Below are positions 32,351 through 41,939 of a DNA stretch of 64,000 nucleotides, piece by piece. The stretch is taken from assembly GCA_963813335.1 (NCBI GenBank), contig CAWEYL010000001.1, forward strand, positions 1 through 64,000, read 5' to 3'. Both the position numbers and the translations under genes were made by a program. Position 1 is the stretch's first letter. Every line of letters begins with the position of its first letter. Origin of the DNA: an uncultured Chloroflexia bacterium (GTDB taxonomy: Bacteria > Chloroflexota > Limnocylindria > Limnocylindrales > CSP1-4). The notes under the pieces are model-generated. The model searched no databases. It saw nothing but the letters and a program-made list of their open reading frames with translations, and had not been told where the DNA came from.

Positions 32351-33463
32351 ATGACTTCGATGCCGAAATCGATGGACGCGGCCGGCGCGGCCGCGCGCGC
32401 GAAGACCAAGACGAAGGCTGACGCCGCCGCGCGAGATGCGAGGAAGCGTGCCAGCCGCCAGACCGGCCATCCGGTCCGCCGCTACATGTTCCGGGGCTTG
32501 ATCGCCGTCGAGGTCATCGCCCTGGCCGGCCTCGCGGGCTACGGGATCCTGACGAATGTCTCCGTCAGCGGGGGCATCGCGGCCATCTTCGCCACGCCGC
32601 CGCCCACCCCGAAGGCGACCCCGACACCGGCGGTCACCCTGCCAGCGACCGGCTTCGTGCCGACCGGCCCGACCACCGAGGCGAGCGTCGTGCGCGTCGT
32701 CGACGGCGACACGATCGTGGTCAAGGTCGACGGCGTGGACCTGTACGTGCGCTACATCGGGATGGACGCCCCCGAGGCGGTCAAGCTCGACACCCCGGTC
32801 CAGTTCATGGCCCCCGAGGCGACCCAGGCCAACGCCCAGCTGGTGAGCGGCCAGACGGTCATCCTCGAGCGCGACGTGTCCGAGGCCGACGGTTCGGCGC
32901 GCCTCCTGCGCCACGTCTGGGTCGACCGCGACGGGACCCTCTTCCTGGTCGGGCTCGAGCTGGTCAAGGCCGGCTTCGCGCAGGCCACCCCGCTGCCGCC
33001 CGACACGAAGTACGCGGCCCGCTACGCCGAAGCCGAGGCCGCGGCCAAGGCGGCCGGTCTCGGCATCTGGGGCGCCCCGCCCAGCCCGGGGACCGAGGCG
33101 ACCCTGCCGCCGACCGGCCCGACGCCGTCGCTCGGGCAGTTCCTCAGCCTGCAGCCCGTCACCGTGACCTCGGAGCCCCAGCCGTTCCGCGGCGGGATCG
33201 GGATCTACGACTGGTCCGCGGTCACGTTCGAGGGCCCCAAGGCGGTCGTCCGCTCGGAGGTCACCTCGTCCTCGCGCGATGGATGCCAGCTCGAATGGTC
33301 GCTGGCCGCCCTGGGCGGGGAGCCCGCGACCGGCGGGGCCCAGCTCGACGGCCGGGCCACCAAGAAGGCCCAGGCCACCATCACGGCCCCGACCTCGACC
33401 GCCAGCTTGCGGGTCACCAGCACCTGTTCCGACTGGCTGATCACGATGCGCGAGGCCGGCTGA
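32351..33463 (+). CDS. membrane-anchored thermonuclease (SNase) 1
   Basis: TM helix; VVDGDT, VRYIGMDAPE, LELVKAGFA, GIWG; Cys-containing C-terminal domain. Confidence 0.88.
   Translation: MTSMPKSMDAAGAAARAKTKTKADAAARDARKRASRQTGHPVRRYMFRGLIAVEVIALAGLAGYGILTNVSVSGGIAAIFATPPPTPKATPTPAVTLPATGFVPTGPTTEASVVRVVDGDTIVVKVDGVDLYVRYIGMDAPEAVKLDTPVQFMAPEATQANAQLVSGQTVILERDVSEADGSARLLRHVWVDRDGTLFLVGLELVKAGFAQATPLPPDTKYAARYAEAEAAAKAAGLGIWGAPPSPGTEATLPPTGPTPSLGQFLSLQPVTVTSEPQPFRGGIGIYDWSAVTFEGPKAVVRSEVTSSSRDGCQLEWSLAALGGEPATGGAQLDGRATKKAQATITAPTSTASLRVTSTCSDWLITMREAG
32642..33115 (+). repeat. 474-bp direct repeat copy 1 (SNase domain)
   Basis: Identical by eye to 34218-34691 (offset 1576); off-frame translations also identical. 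Confidence 0.92.
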
Positions 33464-33638
33464 CCCGTCGCAGCGGGCGCCCAGCGGCAGGTGCGGCGAG
33501 GCACCAGAAGATGGTCCTGGGGGGTGCCGAGCGGTTGACCGCGCAACGGCGCCGTCTAGACTCCCCCGCACTGGCCCACACGTCCACCAGGCAGAGGCGG
33601 ACGAAGCGCGCGTGTGGCCGGCTGAGGGTGAGCTTCCG

Positions 33639-35042
33639 ATGCTCCAAGAGTTCTGCCCTGATTGCGGGACGCGCAGGGTCGCCCTGTTCCGGTGGTGCCG
33701 GACGTGCGGGCTCGACTACGACGAGCTCGATGCACGCGGCGACCTGCCAGGCAGCCCGTACGCGACCGTCGGGGCTGCGGGCGCCGGGTCTCGTCCCGCC
33801 GCGGCGGTCGCCCCGCCCAGGGCCGAGCGAGCCGCGCCGCGCATCACGTCGGTGACGATCCCGGCCGCGATCGCGCGCCTGGCGACGCTGCCCGGCCGCG
33901 AGCCGTCCGCCGGCCGGGGCCTCTCGGTGGCGACACCTCCCGACCTGTCGTCCGGGGCGCCCGAGCCCGCGCCGGACGGCGCCGTCACCCAGCCGGTCTT
34001 CGGCGGGATGTCGATCCTCCGCCGACGCTCGACCCGGCGGCCCATCAGCCGCTCCCTGGCATTCGGCGTCGCGGCGCTGCTGGCGGTCGGGCTCCTGGGC
34101 GGCGCCTATGCCGCCGACCTCGGCGGGGTGCAGACCGCGGTCGCGACCTTCGCCGGCGAGCCGGGCGCTGTCGCACCGGCGGCGGCCGCCGCCCCGAACG
34201 CGGATCCCACGCCGACCCCAGCGACCGGCTTCGTGCCGACCGGCCCGACCACCGAGGCGAGCGTCGTGCGCGTCGTCGACGGCGACACGATCGTGGTCAA
34301 GGTCGACGGCGTGGACCTGTACGTGCGCTACATCGGGATGGACGCCCCCGAGGCGGTCAAGCTCGACACCCCGGTCCAGTTCATGGCCCCCGAGGCGACC
34401 CAGGCCAACGCCCAGCTGGTGAGCGGCCAGACGGTCATCCTCGAGCGCGACGTGTCCGAGGCCGACGGTTCGGCGCGCCTCCTGCGCCACGTCTGGGTCG
34501 ACCGCGACGGGACCCTCTTCCTGGTCGGGCTCGAGCTGGTCAAGGCCGGCTTCGCGCAGGCCACCCCGCTGCCGCCCGACACGAAGTACGCGGCCCGCTA
34601 CGCCGAAGCCGAGGCCGCGGCCAAGGCGGCCGGTCTCGGCATCTGGGGCGCCCCGCCCAGCCCGGGGACCGAGGCGACCCTGCCGCCGACCCCAGCGCCC
34701 GCCCCGCTGCGGCTCACCACCAACGACCCGGTCACGTTCACGAACGGCGTCCGGTCGGACTTCCACGGGGCCGAGGGCAGCTACACCTGGCGCGCCGTGA
34801 ACCTGACCGTCCCGACGGTCAAGGTGGCCTGGACCGTCGACGGGGCGCCCGGCGCGAGCTGCTCCGTCGAGTGGGCCCTGACGCCCGCCACCGCGGCGCC
34901 GGTCGCCGGTCAGGTGGACGTCGCCCGCAAGGGCCACAAGACCGGCAAGTCGAACCACGAGACGCCGTTCCGGCGGGCGATGCTGACCGTGGCCAGCACC
35001 TGTCCGATGTGGCGGCTGTCGGTCACGGGCGAGGGCAGCTAG
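33639..35042 (+). CDS. zinc-ribbon + TM + thermonuclease (SNase) 2
   Basis: CPDC..CRTC N-terminus, TM helix, SNase motifs, C-terminal domain. Confidence 0.88.
   Translation: MLQEFCPDCGTRRVALFRWCRTCGLDYDELDARGDLPGSPYATVGAAGAGSRPAAAVAPPRAERAAPRITSVTIPAAIARLATLPGREPSAGRGLSVATPPDLSSGAPEPAPDGAVTQPVFGGMSILRRRSTRRPISRSLAFGVAALLAVGLLGGAYAADLGGVQTAVATFAGEPGAVAPAAAAAPNADPTPTPATGFVPTGPTTEASVVRVVDGDTIVVKVDGVDLYVRYIGMDAPEAVKLDTPVQFMAPEATQANAQLVSGQTVILERDVSEADGSARLLRHVWVDRDGTLFLVGLELVKAGFAQATPLPPDTKYAARYAEAEAAAKAAGLGIWGAPPSPGTEATLPPTPAPAPLRLTTNDPVTFTNGVRSDFHGAEGSYTWRAVNLTVPTVKVAWTVDGAPGASCSVEWALTPATAAPVAGQVDVARKGHKTGKSNHETPFRRAMLTVASTCPMWRLSVTGEGS
34218..34691 (+). repeat. 474-bp direct repeat copy 2
   Basis: Identical to 32642-33115. 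Confidence 0.92.
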
Positions 35043-35081
35043 ACCGCCACGAGCGGCCCCGCCGAGCGCCACACTGACGGC

Positions 35082-36278
35082 ATGTCGGATCCGCACTGCC
35101 CGCGGTGCCAGGCGCCGTCCTTCGAGGACACCCGCTACTGCTGGTCCTGCGGCTTCGACCTCGGCGACCCCGAGACCCGGGTGAACGCAGCGGCGATGGC
35201 GCCGCCCGCGACCGACCCCGCGGCCGCCGACCCCGCGGCCACCGCTGCTGCCACTGCCGACACCAGCGGCGCAGCGCCGGGCCGATCCGGGCAGGGGCGG
35301 CTGCTCCGCTACGGCGCGGCCGCACTGGTCGCCGTGGTCGCCATCGGGGTCGTCGCGAATCTGCCCGGCCTGACCGGTCCCGCCACGAGCCCGGCTCCGT
35401 CGGGTGCCGCCGGCGCATCCGCCTCGACCGCGGCCGCGGCCTCACCCGAACCGTGGGCCTCGCTCGCCCCGACGGGCCGCACCACCGCGGCGACCGTGAC
35501 GCGGATCGTCGACGGCGACACGATCGTCGTCGACATCGACGGGACCGAGCAGCGGGTCCGCTACATCGGGATGGACACCCCCGAGACCGTGAAGCCCGAC
35601 ACGCCGGTCCAGCCGATGGGCGAGGAGGCGGCCGCGGCGAACGCCGCCCTCGTCGACGGCCAGGCGGTCGTCCTGGAGCAGGACGTCTCGGACACCGACC
35701 GGTTCGGGCGCCTGCTGCGCGATGTCTGGGTGCGCCGCGACGGCGTCCTCGTCCTGGCCGGGCTGGAGCTGGTCCGCCAGGGCTACGCCCAGATCAGCAC
35801 GTTCCCGCCGGACGTCCGCTACGCCACCATGCTGCTGGCGGCCCAGCGGGAAGCGCAGCGGGACGGGGTGGGACTGTGGGCGTCGGCGGGCGCCGGCGGG
35901 AGCGCGTCGCCGTCGCCGGCCGCGGCGCCCGGTCCCACCCTGCCGACCTTCACCAGCGTGACGCCCGTGATCGTCACGTCCGGGCACAAGTCGAGCTTCC
36001 GCGGGGCGATCGGCATCTACGCGTGGCGCGACGTCCGCTTCGAGGACCCGGCCGTCCGCATGACGTGGGACGTCCATTCGAACCTGGCGTCGGGGTGCCG
36101 CATCGACTGGCGGATCCAGCCGCTGGACGGGCCGGCGGTCCAGGGCTCGGTGAAGGTGAAGGGAAAGGGCCGGACCACCGGGAAGCGCAACCTGGCCGTG
36201 CCGGCGGGGGATGCGCCGCTGGAGGTGCGGAGCACCTGCTCCGAATGGCTGCTCACGATGCAGGGGAAGGGCGCCTAG
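35082..36278 (+). CDS. zinc-ribbon + TM + thermonuclease (SNase) 3
   Basis: CPRC..CWSC; IVDGDT, VRYIGMDTPE, DRFGRLL. Confidence 0.9.
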   Translation: MSDPHCPRCQAPSFEDTRYCWSCGFDLGDPETRVNAAAMAPPATDPAAADPAATAAATADTSGAAPGRSGQGRLLRYGAAALVAVVAIGVVANLPGLTGPATSPAPSGAAGASASTAAAASPEPWASLAPTGRTTAATVTRIVDGDTIVVDIDGTEQRVRYIGMDTPETVKPDTPVQPMGEEAAAANAALVDGQAVVLEQDVSDTDRFGRLLRDVWVRRDGVLVLAGLELVRQGYAQISTFPPDVRYATMLLAAQREAQRDGVGLWASAGAGGSASPSPAAAPGPTLPTFTSVTPVIVTSGHKSSFRGAIGIYAWRDVRFEDPAVRMTWDVHSNLASGCRIDWRIQPLDGPAVQGSVKVKGKGRTTGKRNLAVPAGDAPLEVRSTCSEWLLTMQGKGA

Positions 36279-36298
36279 CAGCACCCCGGGAATCGAAC

Positions 36299-36326
36299 GA
36301 CCCGGGTCGGCTGACGACCCGGGTCA
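36299..36326. terminator. hairpin between convergent genes
   Basis: GACCCGGGTCG-N5-CGACCCGGGTC inverted repeat. Confidence 0.6.
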
Positions 36327-36379
36327 AGGTTCACTGGTTCAACGGCGGGTCGACGATCGACCCGCGGGAGTGGGTGGGA

Positions 36380-36730
36380 CTAGCCCCGCTGGCTGCGGAA
36401 GCAGTCGCTGCAGTAGACGGGCTTGCCGCTCGTCGGGCGGAAGGGGACCTGAGCCTCCTTGCCGCAGGACGAGCAGGTGGCGCTGAACATCTCGCGGGGG
36501 CCGCGATCGCTATACCCACCGGAGCTGTAGCCGCCGCCGCCCGAGCTGTAGCCGGCGCCGGAGCTGTAGCCGCCGCCGTCCGAGTTGCGGGCAGCCTTGC
36601 GGCTGGCGCGACAGGACGGGCAGCGACGGGGCTCGGTGAAGCCACGCTGCGCGTAGAAGTCCTGCTCGGATGCGGTGAAGACGAACTCCTGTCCACAGTC
36701 CGCGCAGGTCAGGTTCTTGTCGTTGTACAC
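36380..36730 (-). CDS. zinc-ribbon / CxxC-x17-CxxC domain protein
   Basis: LTCADCGQEFVFTASEQDFY..RGF.EPRRCPSCR; CSSCG..AQVPFRP..GKPVYCSDCF. Confidence 0.92.
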   Translation of the reverse strand: MYNDKNLTCADCGQEFVFTASEQDFYAQRGFTEPRRCPSCRASRKAARNSDGGGYSSGAGYSSGGGGYSSGGYSDRGPREMFSATCSSCGKEAQVPFRPTSGKPVYCSDCFRSQRG

Positions 36731-37013
36731 GAAAACGAAAACTCCTCTCGATAGCCGGCGCGAGCCGTCGGGTTTCTCGCGTCAGCCGTGAGAGGAGTCC
36801 GAGTTATGCGTCGAGCTATGTTCGTGCCACGGGCTGTCCCGTGGCGATTGCCTTCCCATGGTAGACGCTGGCGCAGGATCTGCCTAGCCCCATGTTCGGT
36901 GACGTCGCGCAACGACTTCGGCCGGCACCCCATTCTCACGAATCAGGACCTTCGGCTACGATGCCTGTCCGAATAGTCCTACGTCACCCAATCCGCAACG
37001 TGTAAGGGGACAC

Positions 37014-39078
37014 ATGCGATCCGCGCGATCCGCACGCCTCAGCCGCCTGTTCATCGGGGCCACCCTCATCACCGGGCTCATCGGCACCACGGCGACATCC
37101 GCGCTCGCCGCCAGCGCCGTGACCTTCGGGCTCATCCGCGAGGAGAACCCGCACAACGGGGTCCAGTCGACCGACGTGGTCTTCCGCGACACCGACACCA
37201 TCACCGGGACCGGCGACACGACGACCGGGATCACGGTCAACCTCTCGTCGACCAGCCCGGCCCACACCGCGTCGCTCACCTTCGCCCCGGAGACCGGCGG
37301 GACGATCATCGTCGGGACCTACCCCCTGGTCGGCGCGACGCCGACCGCGCTCCATGCCGGCATGACCCTCACCCTCGACGGCACCGTCTGCGACTCAGGG
37401 CCGGCGCTGGTCAAGGTCAACCAGCTGCACTTCGCCGGCACGGACATCGATGCGCTGAGCATCGGCGTCGAGGGGACCTGCCCCGCGGCCGGCCTCGACG
37501 AGGTCCACGCCCAGTTCGCCATCGCGGCGACGACGGCGCTCAAGGCCGTCGTGACCGACCCGGCCAACACGCTGGCCATCGGCAACGTGGACGTCGGTGA
37601 CGCGTCGACCCAGCAGACGGTCACCTTCACCAACATCGGCAACACCGCGATCGACATGAGCACCCTGGCCAAGGGCGGCCGCTACCCCGAGCTGTACACG
37701 TTCACTGAGACGTGCAGCGCGACCCTCGCCCCCGGCGCCTCATGCGACGCCAAGATGATCTTCAAGCCCACCACGTACGGCCTCAAGGAGGGGGCGGTCG
37801 TGCTGGCCGGCGACGACATCTCGACCGAGGGCCTCAAGAAGGAAGTCCTCGTGACGGCGACCGGCATCGTCATCGACGCGCCGAACGACTCGCCCGCCAC
37901 CGCCATCGACGTCAACCCGATCCCGACGGCGACCACGCCGTTCTACAGCGGCGTCCAGCTCCAGAACGTCGACCCCAGCGCGGGGAACTGCGACACCGAC
38001 AACAACGCCGCCGTCTGGTACCACCTCAAGTCCACGACGACCAAGACGTTCGACCTGACCACCGTCGATAGCGACGTGGCCACCAACATCGAGCTGTACA
38101 CCGGTCCCGTCGGGGCGCCGGTCTTCGTCAAGTGCGGCGTCAACATCGATGCCAACCTGCGCGACAAGCTGACGTTCAGCGCAGCGGCGAATGTCGACTA
38201 CTTCATCCGCGTCGCCCGGGAGGTCCCGCCCCCCGGTGACTACGCGATCGTGCTCAAGGTGAGCCTCGGCTCGCCCGACACGATGGTCGACGTCTCCGGC
38301 TTCATGACCAGCCGCGGGACCTTCTACCCGGTCGTCGACGGCTACCGCGACACGGTCGACATCCGCGCCACCCGCGGCGAGACGGCCTCGGCCTCGATCG
38401 CCATCTACAACTCGGCGCGGCACGAAGGTCCGGACCCTGACGGTCCCGTCGGGCGACGGACCCTACAGCGTCACCTGGAACGGCCGGACCTCCGGTGGCA
38501 CGCTCCTGGCGGCCGGCAAGTACAAGATCATCTCGACCGTCACGGACACCACGGGCAACAAGCTCAGCGATACCCGCTACGTGACGACCTCGCTCAAGAA
38601 GCTGGTCACCAAGACCTTCACCCAGACCATCGACGCGGCGAAGTACACCCAGCTCCTCAAGAGCGGGACCGGCGCCGCCTCGAAGACCTCGACGGCCTAC
38701 ACCGGCGGTCTCAAGATGACCTCCGGCTCCAACGGGACCGTCGCCGCGGTGTACTCGTTCTCGGCGCCGTCCGCGATCAGCTACACCACGGTCACGTTCA
38801 CGGTCATCGGCAAGGGTGCGACCAACACCATGTCCGTCGGCCTCCAGAACTGGACCGTCTGCACCGCCTACTCGACCACCTGTGTCACGGCCATCCACGC
38901 GGGACCGCATTCCAGCGGTATCGCGTCGGCCTCGGTCAGCGCCCCGGCGGCGACCACGATCTACTCGACCATCCACCGCATCCGCGGCTACCTGTTCGCC
39001 CCGGCACTGCCCGGGACGACCCGGACCATCGATGCACGGGACGTCAAGATCACGGTCACCTACAAGGCACTCGGCTAA
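37014..39078 (+). CDS. secreted multi-Ig surface protein with a FlgD-like Ig module (frameshift near 38420)
   Basis: Signal peptide; choice-of-anchor D/ASH-like (VTFTNIG...CSATLAPGASC); FYPVVDGYRDTV followed by WNGR in the next frame. Confidence 0.75.
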
Positions 39079-39176
39079 GCGCACTCGGCTGCACCAGGAG
39101 CGCCGAGCGGGTCCGCCCGCTCGGCGCTCCTGCGTGTCCGCGACCTGACGCGGCGGGGGTTCGGTAGGATCCTCCG

Positions 39177-39551
39177 ATGACGACGCCCGAGGTCGACGCG
39201 TACCTCGCCGCCCTGCCGGCCGCCGACCGCGCGGCGCTCGAGCACGTCCGGGCGACCATCCGCGCCGCCGCGCCCGACGCCACCGAAGGGATCGGCTACG
39301 GGATCCCGGTCTTCCGCTGGATGGGGTCGCTGATCGGCTATGGCGCGACCGCGACGCACTGCGCGCTCTACGTGATGAGCCCGGCCACGCTCGACGCCTT
39401 CCGACCCGAGCTCGAGGGACGGGCGCTCTCGAAGGGCACGATCCACTTCACCGCCGACGACCCGCTTGCCGATGATCTCGTGACCCGGATCGTCGTGGCG
39501 CGGATGGCCGAGAACCAGGCGGCCAGGCTCAGGACGAAGGCGGGCCGATGA
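39177..39551 (+). CDS. DUF1801 (YdhG-like) protein
   Basis: VDAYLAAL...IRAAAPDATEGIGYGIP...KGTIHF. Confidence 0.88.
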   Translation: MTTPEVDAYLAALPAADRAALEHVRATIRAAAPDATEGIGYGIPVFRWMGSLIGYGATATHCALYVMSPATLDAFRPELEGRALSKGTIHFTADDPLADDLVTRIVVARMAENQAARLRTKAGR

Positions 39552-40047
39552 TCGCCTCGATCGGCGCGCCCATGAGCGCGATCTCGAGCTCGGAGCCCTC
39601 GCGCAGCGGCATCCGCTCGCCGAGGTCCACGAAGCCCTTCCGCTCGTAGAACGTGACGGCCGCCGTGTTCGTCGTGGTGACCCCGAGGCCGATGAGCGCG
39701 TAGCCCGCGGAGCGCGCCCAGCCCGCGACCGCGTCGACCAGCGCGCCGCCGATGCCCTGGCCGCGGACCTCCGGCGCGACCCACATCCCGAACAGCCCGG
39801 CGGCCTCGGGATGGTCGGGCGCCGGCGCGCCGACCGCCATGCCGACCAGGCTGCCGTCCGTCGCCTCCGCCACGTACGTCACGGCCTCGGCCGGGTCGGC
39901 CGCGGCCCGGCTGCGCCAGCGCTCGTCGTCGTGCTCGATGGCGTCCTCGAGCCGGCCGCCGAACGCATCGGGGTCGCTGGCGAGCGCCCGCAGGCGCAGG
40001 GCCTTTAGGGCCTGCCACTCGTCGGGGCGGATCGGCCGGATCTCCAC
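39529..40047 (-). CDS. GNAT family N-acetyltransferase
   Basis: MWVAPEVRGQGIG; NTAAVTFYERKGF. Confidence 0.9.
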   Translation of the reverse strand: MEIRPIRPDEWQALKALRLRALASDPDAFGGRLEDAIEHDDERWRSRAAADPAEAVTYVAEATDGSLVGMAVGAPAPDHPEAAGLFGMWVAPEVRGQGIGGALVDAVAGWARSAGYALIGLGVTTTNTAAVTFYERKGFVDLGERMPLREGSELEIALMGAPIEAIIGPPSS

Positions 40048-40187
40048 CGGCCGAGTGTATGCGGCGACGCACGGCACACGCCGTTGCCCGCACGCGCCAC
40101 ACCCCTTGACCCGGGGTGCTGGCTCGATGACACTCCGCTCGAACTCGCCAGACAGGACCGACAACACCATATCGAGGGGGTTCGATC

Positions 40188-41378
40188 ATGCGCCGCCCAC
40201 GCCTGCGCCCCTGGCTCCTGGTCGCCACCCTCGTCGTCGGTCTGTTGCCGACCTCGACCGTCCTCGCCGACGACCCGATCGCGACGGTCGTGTACGGCAG
40301 CTGGTTCGCGACCGACCAGCCGCTGCAGGAACACCACGTCATCACCTTGCAGGCGCAGATCCAGGCTCCGTCCGATGGCTGGGCGACGGACGCCACCGTG
40401 ACGTTCGAGCCGGTCGTCGCCGACGCCGGCCCGACGTGCGTCAGCGCGGTCAACCCGGAGAACGGGACCCTGTGCGAGATCCCGACGATGGCGCCCGGCT
40501 ACTACCAGTACCACGTGACCTATTCGGGGAATGCCGTCTTCGCGAGCTCGGTGAGCGATCCCTTTGACTTCACCATCGAGCCGGACACGTTCGATGCGAC
40601 CGGCATCGGCGTCAGCGCTTCGACGTTCTACCCCTACAAGGATTCCTACCTCGACACGGTGTCGATCCGCGGCACGCGGAACGAGCCGATGTCGGTCCTG
40701 ATCCGCATCTACCGGCCCACCGGCGCCCTCCTCCGGACGATCTCGATCGCGAAGGGCACCGGCGCCTACAGCTTCGCGTGGAATGGCCGGTATTCGACCG
40801 GGACCATGCTGGCGACCGGCCGCTACCGGGTCACGCAGACCCTCACCGACAGCGGAGCCTCCAAGTCGTTCACGTCGTACACGACGCTCAGCGCCAAGCG
40901 GCTCGTGACCAGGACCACCTACGTGACCAAGAAGGGCAACGCCATCACGGCCAAGGGCACGGACGGGAACGGCTCGATCTCGATCTCCTCGAGCGGCGGC
41001 TACACGAAGCTCGTCGGCCGGTACCCGACCGGCACGACCGCCATCGGGTATCAGTTCGCGCTGCCCTCGGCGGCGGTCTACAAGTCGATCTCGTTCCAGG
41101 TCTACACGAAGGGCGGGTTGCGGGTCCCGCCCAACGAGATCGGGCTCCAGAACTTCAAGACCTGCCCCTATGTGGCCGGCTCCTGGGACATCAACTGCTT
41201 CGACCACTGGAAGGCGTTCCCGAGCTCCGGGAGCTCGGGCCTCTCGTGGACCTCGGCCAGCGGGTCGGCGACCAACGATCGCTACTCGCGGACCGTCCGC
41301 GGCAGCGTCTCGGTCATCAACGGCACCATGTACGTCTACACGGCCCGGATCAAGGTCACGTACGGCGTCCTGCAGTGA
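40188..41378 (+). CDS. secreted Ig-like + FlgD-like Ig surface protein
   Basis: Signal peptide; Big_3-like YSGNAVFASSVS; FYPYKDSYLDTV...WNGR. Confidence 0.8.
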   Translation: MRRPRLRPWLLVATLVVGLLPTSTVLADDPIATVVYGSWFATDQPLQEHHVITLQAQIQAPSDGWATDATVTFEPVVADAGPTCVSAVNPENGTLCEIPTMAPGYYQYHVTYSGNAVFASSVSDPFDFTIEPDTFDATGIGVSASTFYPYKDSYLDTVSIRGTRNEPMSVLIRIYRPTGALLRTISIAKGTGAYSFAWNGRYSTGTMLATGRYRVTQTLTDSGASKSFTSYTTLSAKRLVTRTTYVTKKGNAITAKGTDGNGSISISSSGGYTKLVGRYPTGTTAIGYQFALPSAAVYKSISFQVYTKGGLRVPPNEIGLQNFKTCPYVAGSWDINCFDHWKAFPSSGSSGLSWTSASGSATNDRYSRTVRGSVSVINGTMYVYTARIKVTYGVLQ

Positions 41379-41421
41379 GCGCGGTCCACGACCTGTAACG
41401 CGACTGCGAAGGGCTCGAACT

Positions 41422-41856
41422 CTAGGCCGCGTCCACCCGTCGGACGTGCATGTACTGGCGGATGCCGAACCGACGTGAGAGGAACCGGATGATGGCCGGC
41501 AGGGACGCGTCGGCGACCTCGAGGGGGATGACCTCGGGCTGGTCGATCTCGACGGTGCGGCCGGACTGGCGGAGGCGGCCGCCGCCCGCCGCCAGCACGT
41601 TCTTCGCCCACTGGGTGGACTCGCCGAACGGCATCGGGATGAGATAGGCGTCTGAGCGGCGGAGCGCCACGATCGGCGTCTGGTACGGCGTTCCGGACGT
41701 GCGGCCGGTGTGGCCGAGGACGGCCCACAACGGGAACCAGCGGGTGCCGGCCAGGGCGCGGGACATCGACCCGAAGCGGATCGACAGGCGGTGCATGGGG
41801 CTGCGGCGCTGCGGCGCGGCCGCGTGAGCGGGGAGGGGAGCGGTCGGGGTCGTCAT
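41422..41856 (-). CDS. deazaflavin-dependent nitroreductase family protein
   Basis: HTGRTSGTPYQTP; WAKNVLAAG. Confidence 0.85.
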   Translation of the reverse strand: MTTPTAPLPAHAAAPQRRSPMHRLSIRFGSMSRALAGTRWFPLWAVLGHTGRTSGTPYQTPIVALRRSDAYLIPMPFGESTQWAKNVLAAGGGRLRQSGRTVEIDQPEVIPLEVADASLPAIIRFLSRRFGIRQYMHVRRVDAA

Positions 41857-41939
41857 GCCACCGATGATGCCCGGCGCGACGGTCCGGGCGCATCCCCGCC
41901 GTCCGGCAGCAGCGCTCACGGAATCCCGTGAGGAGCTCC

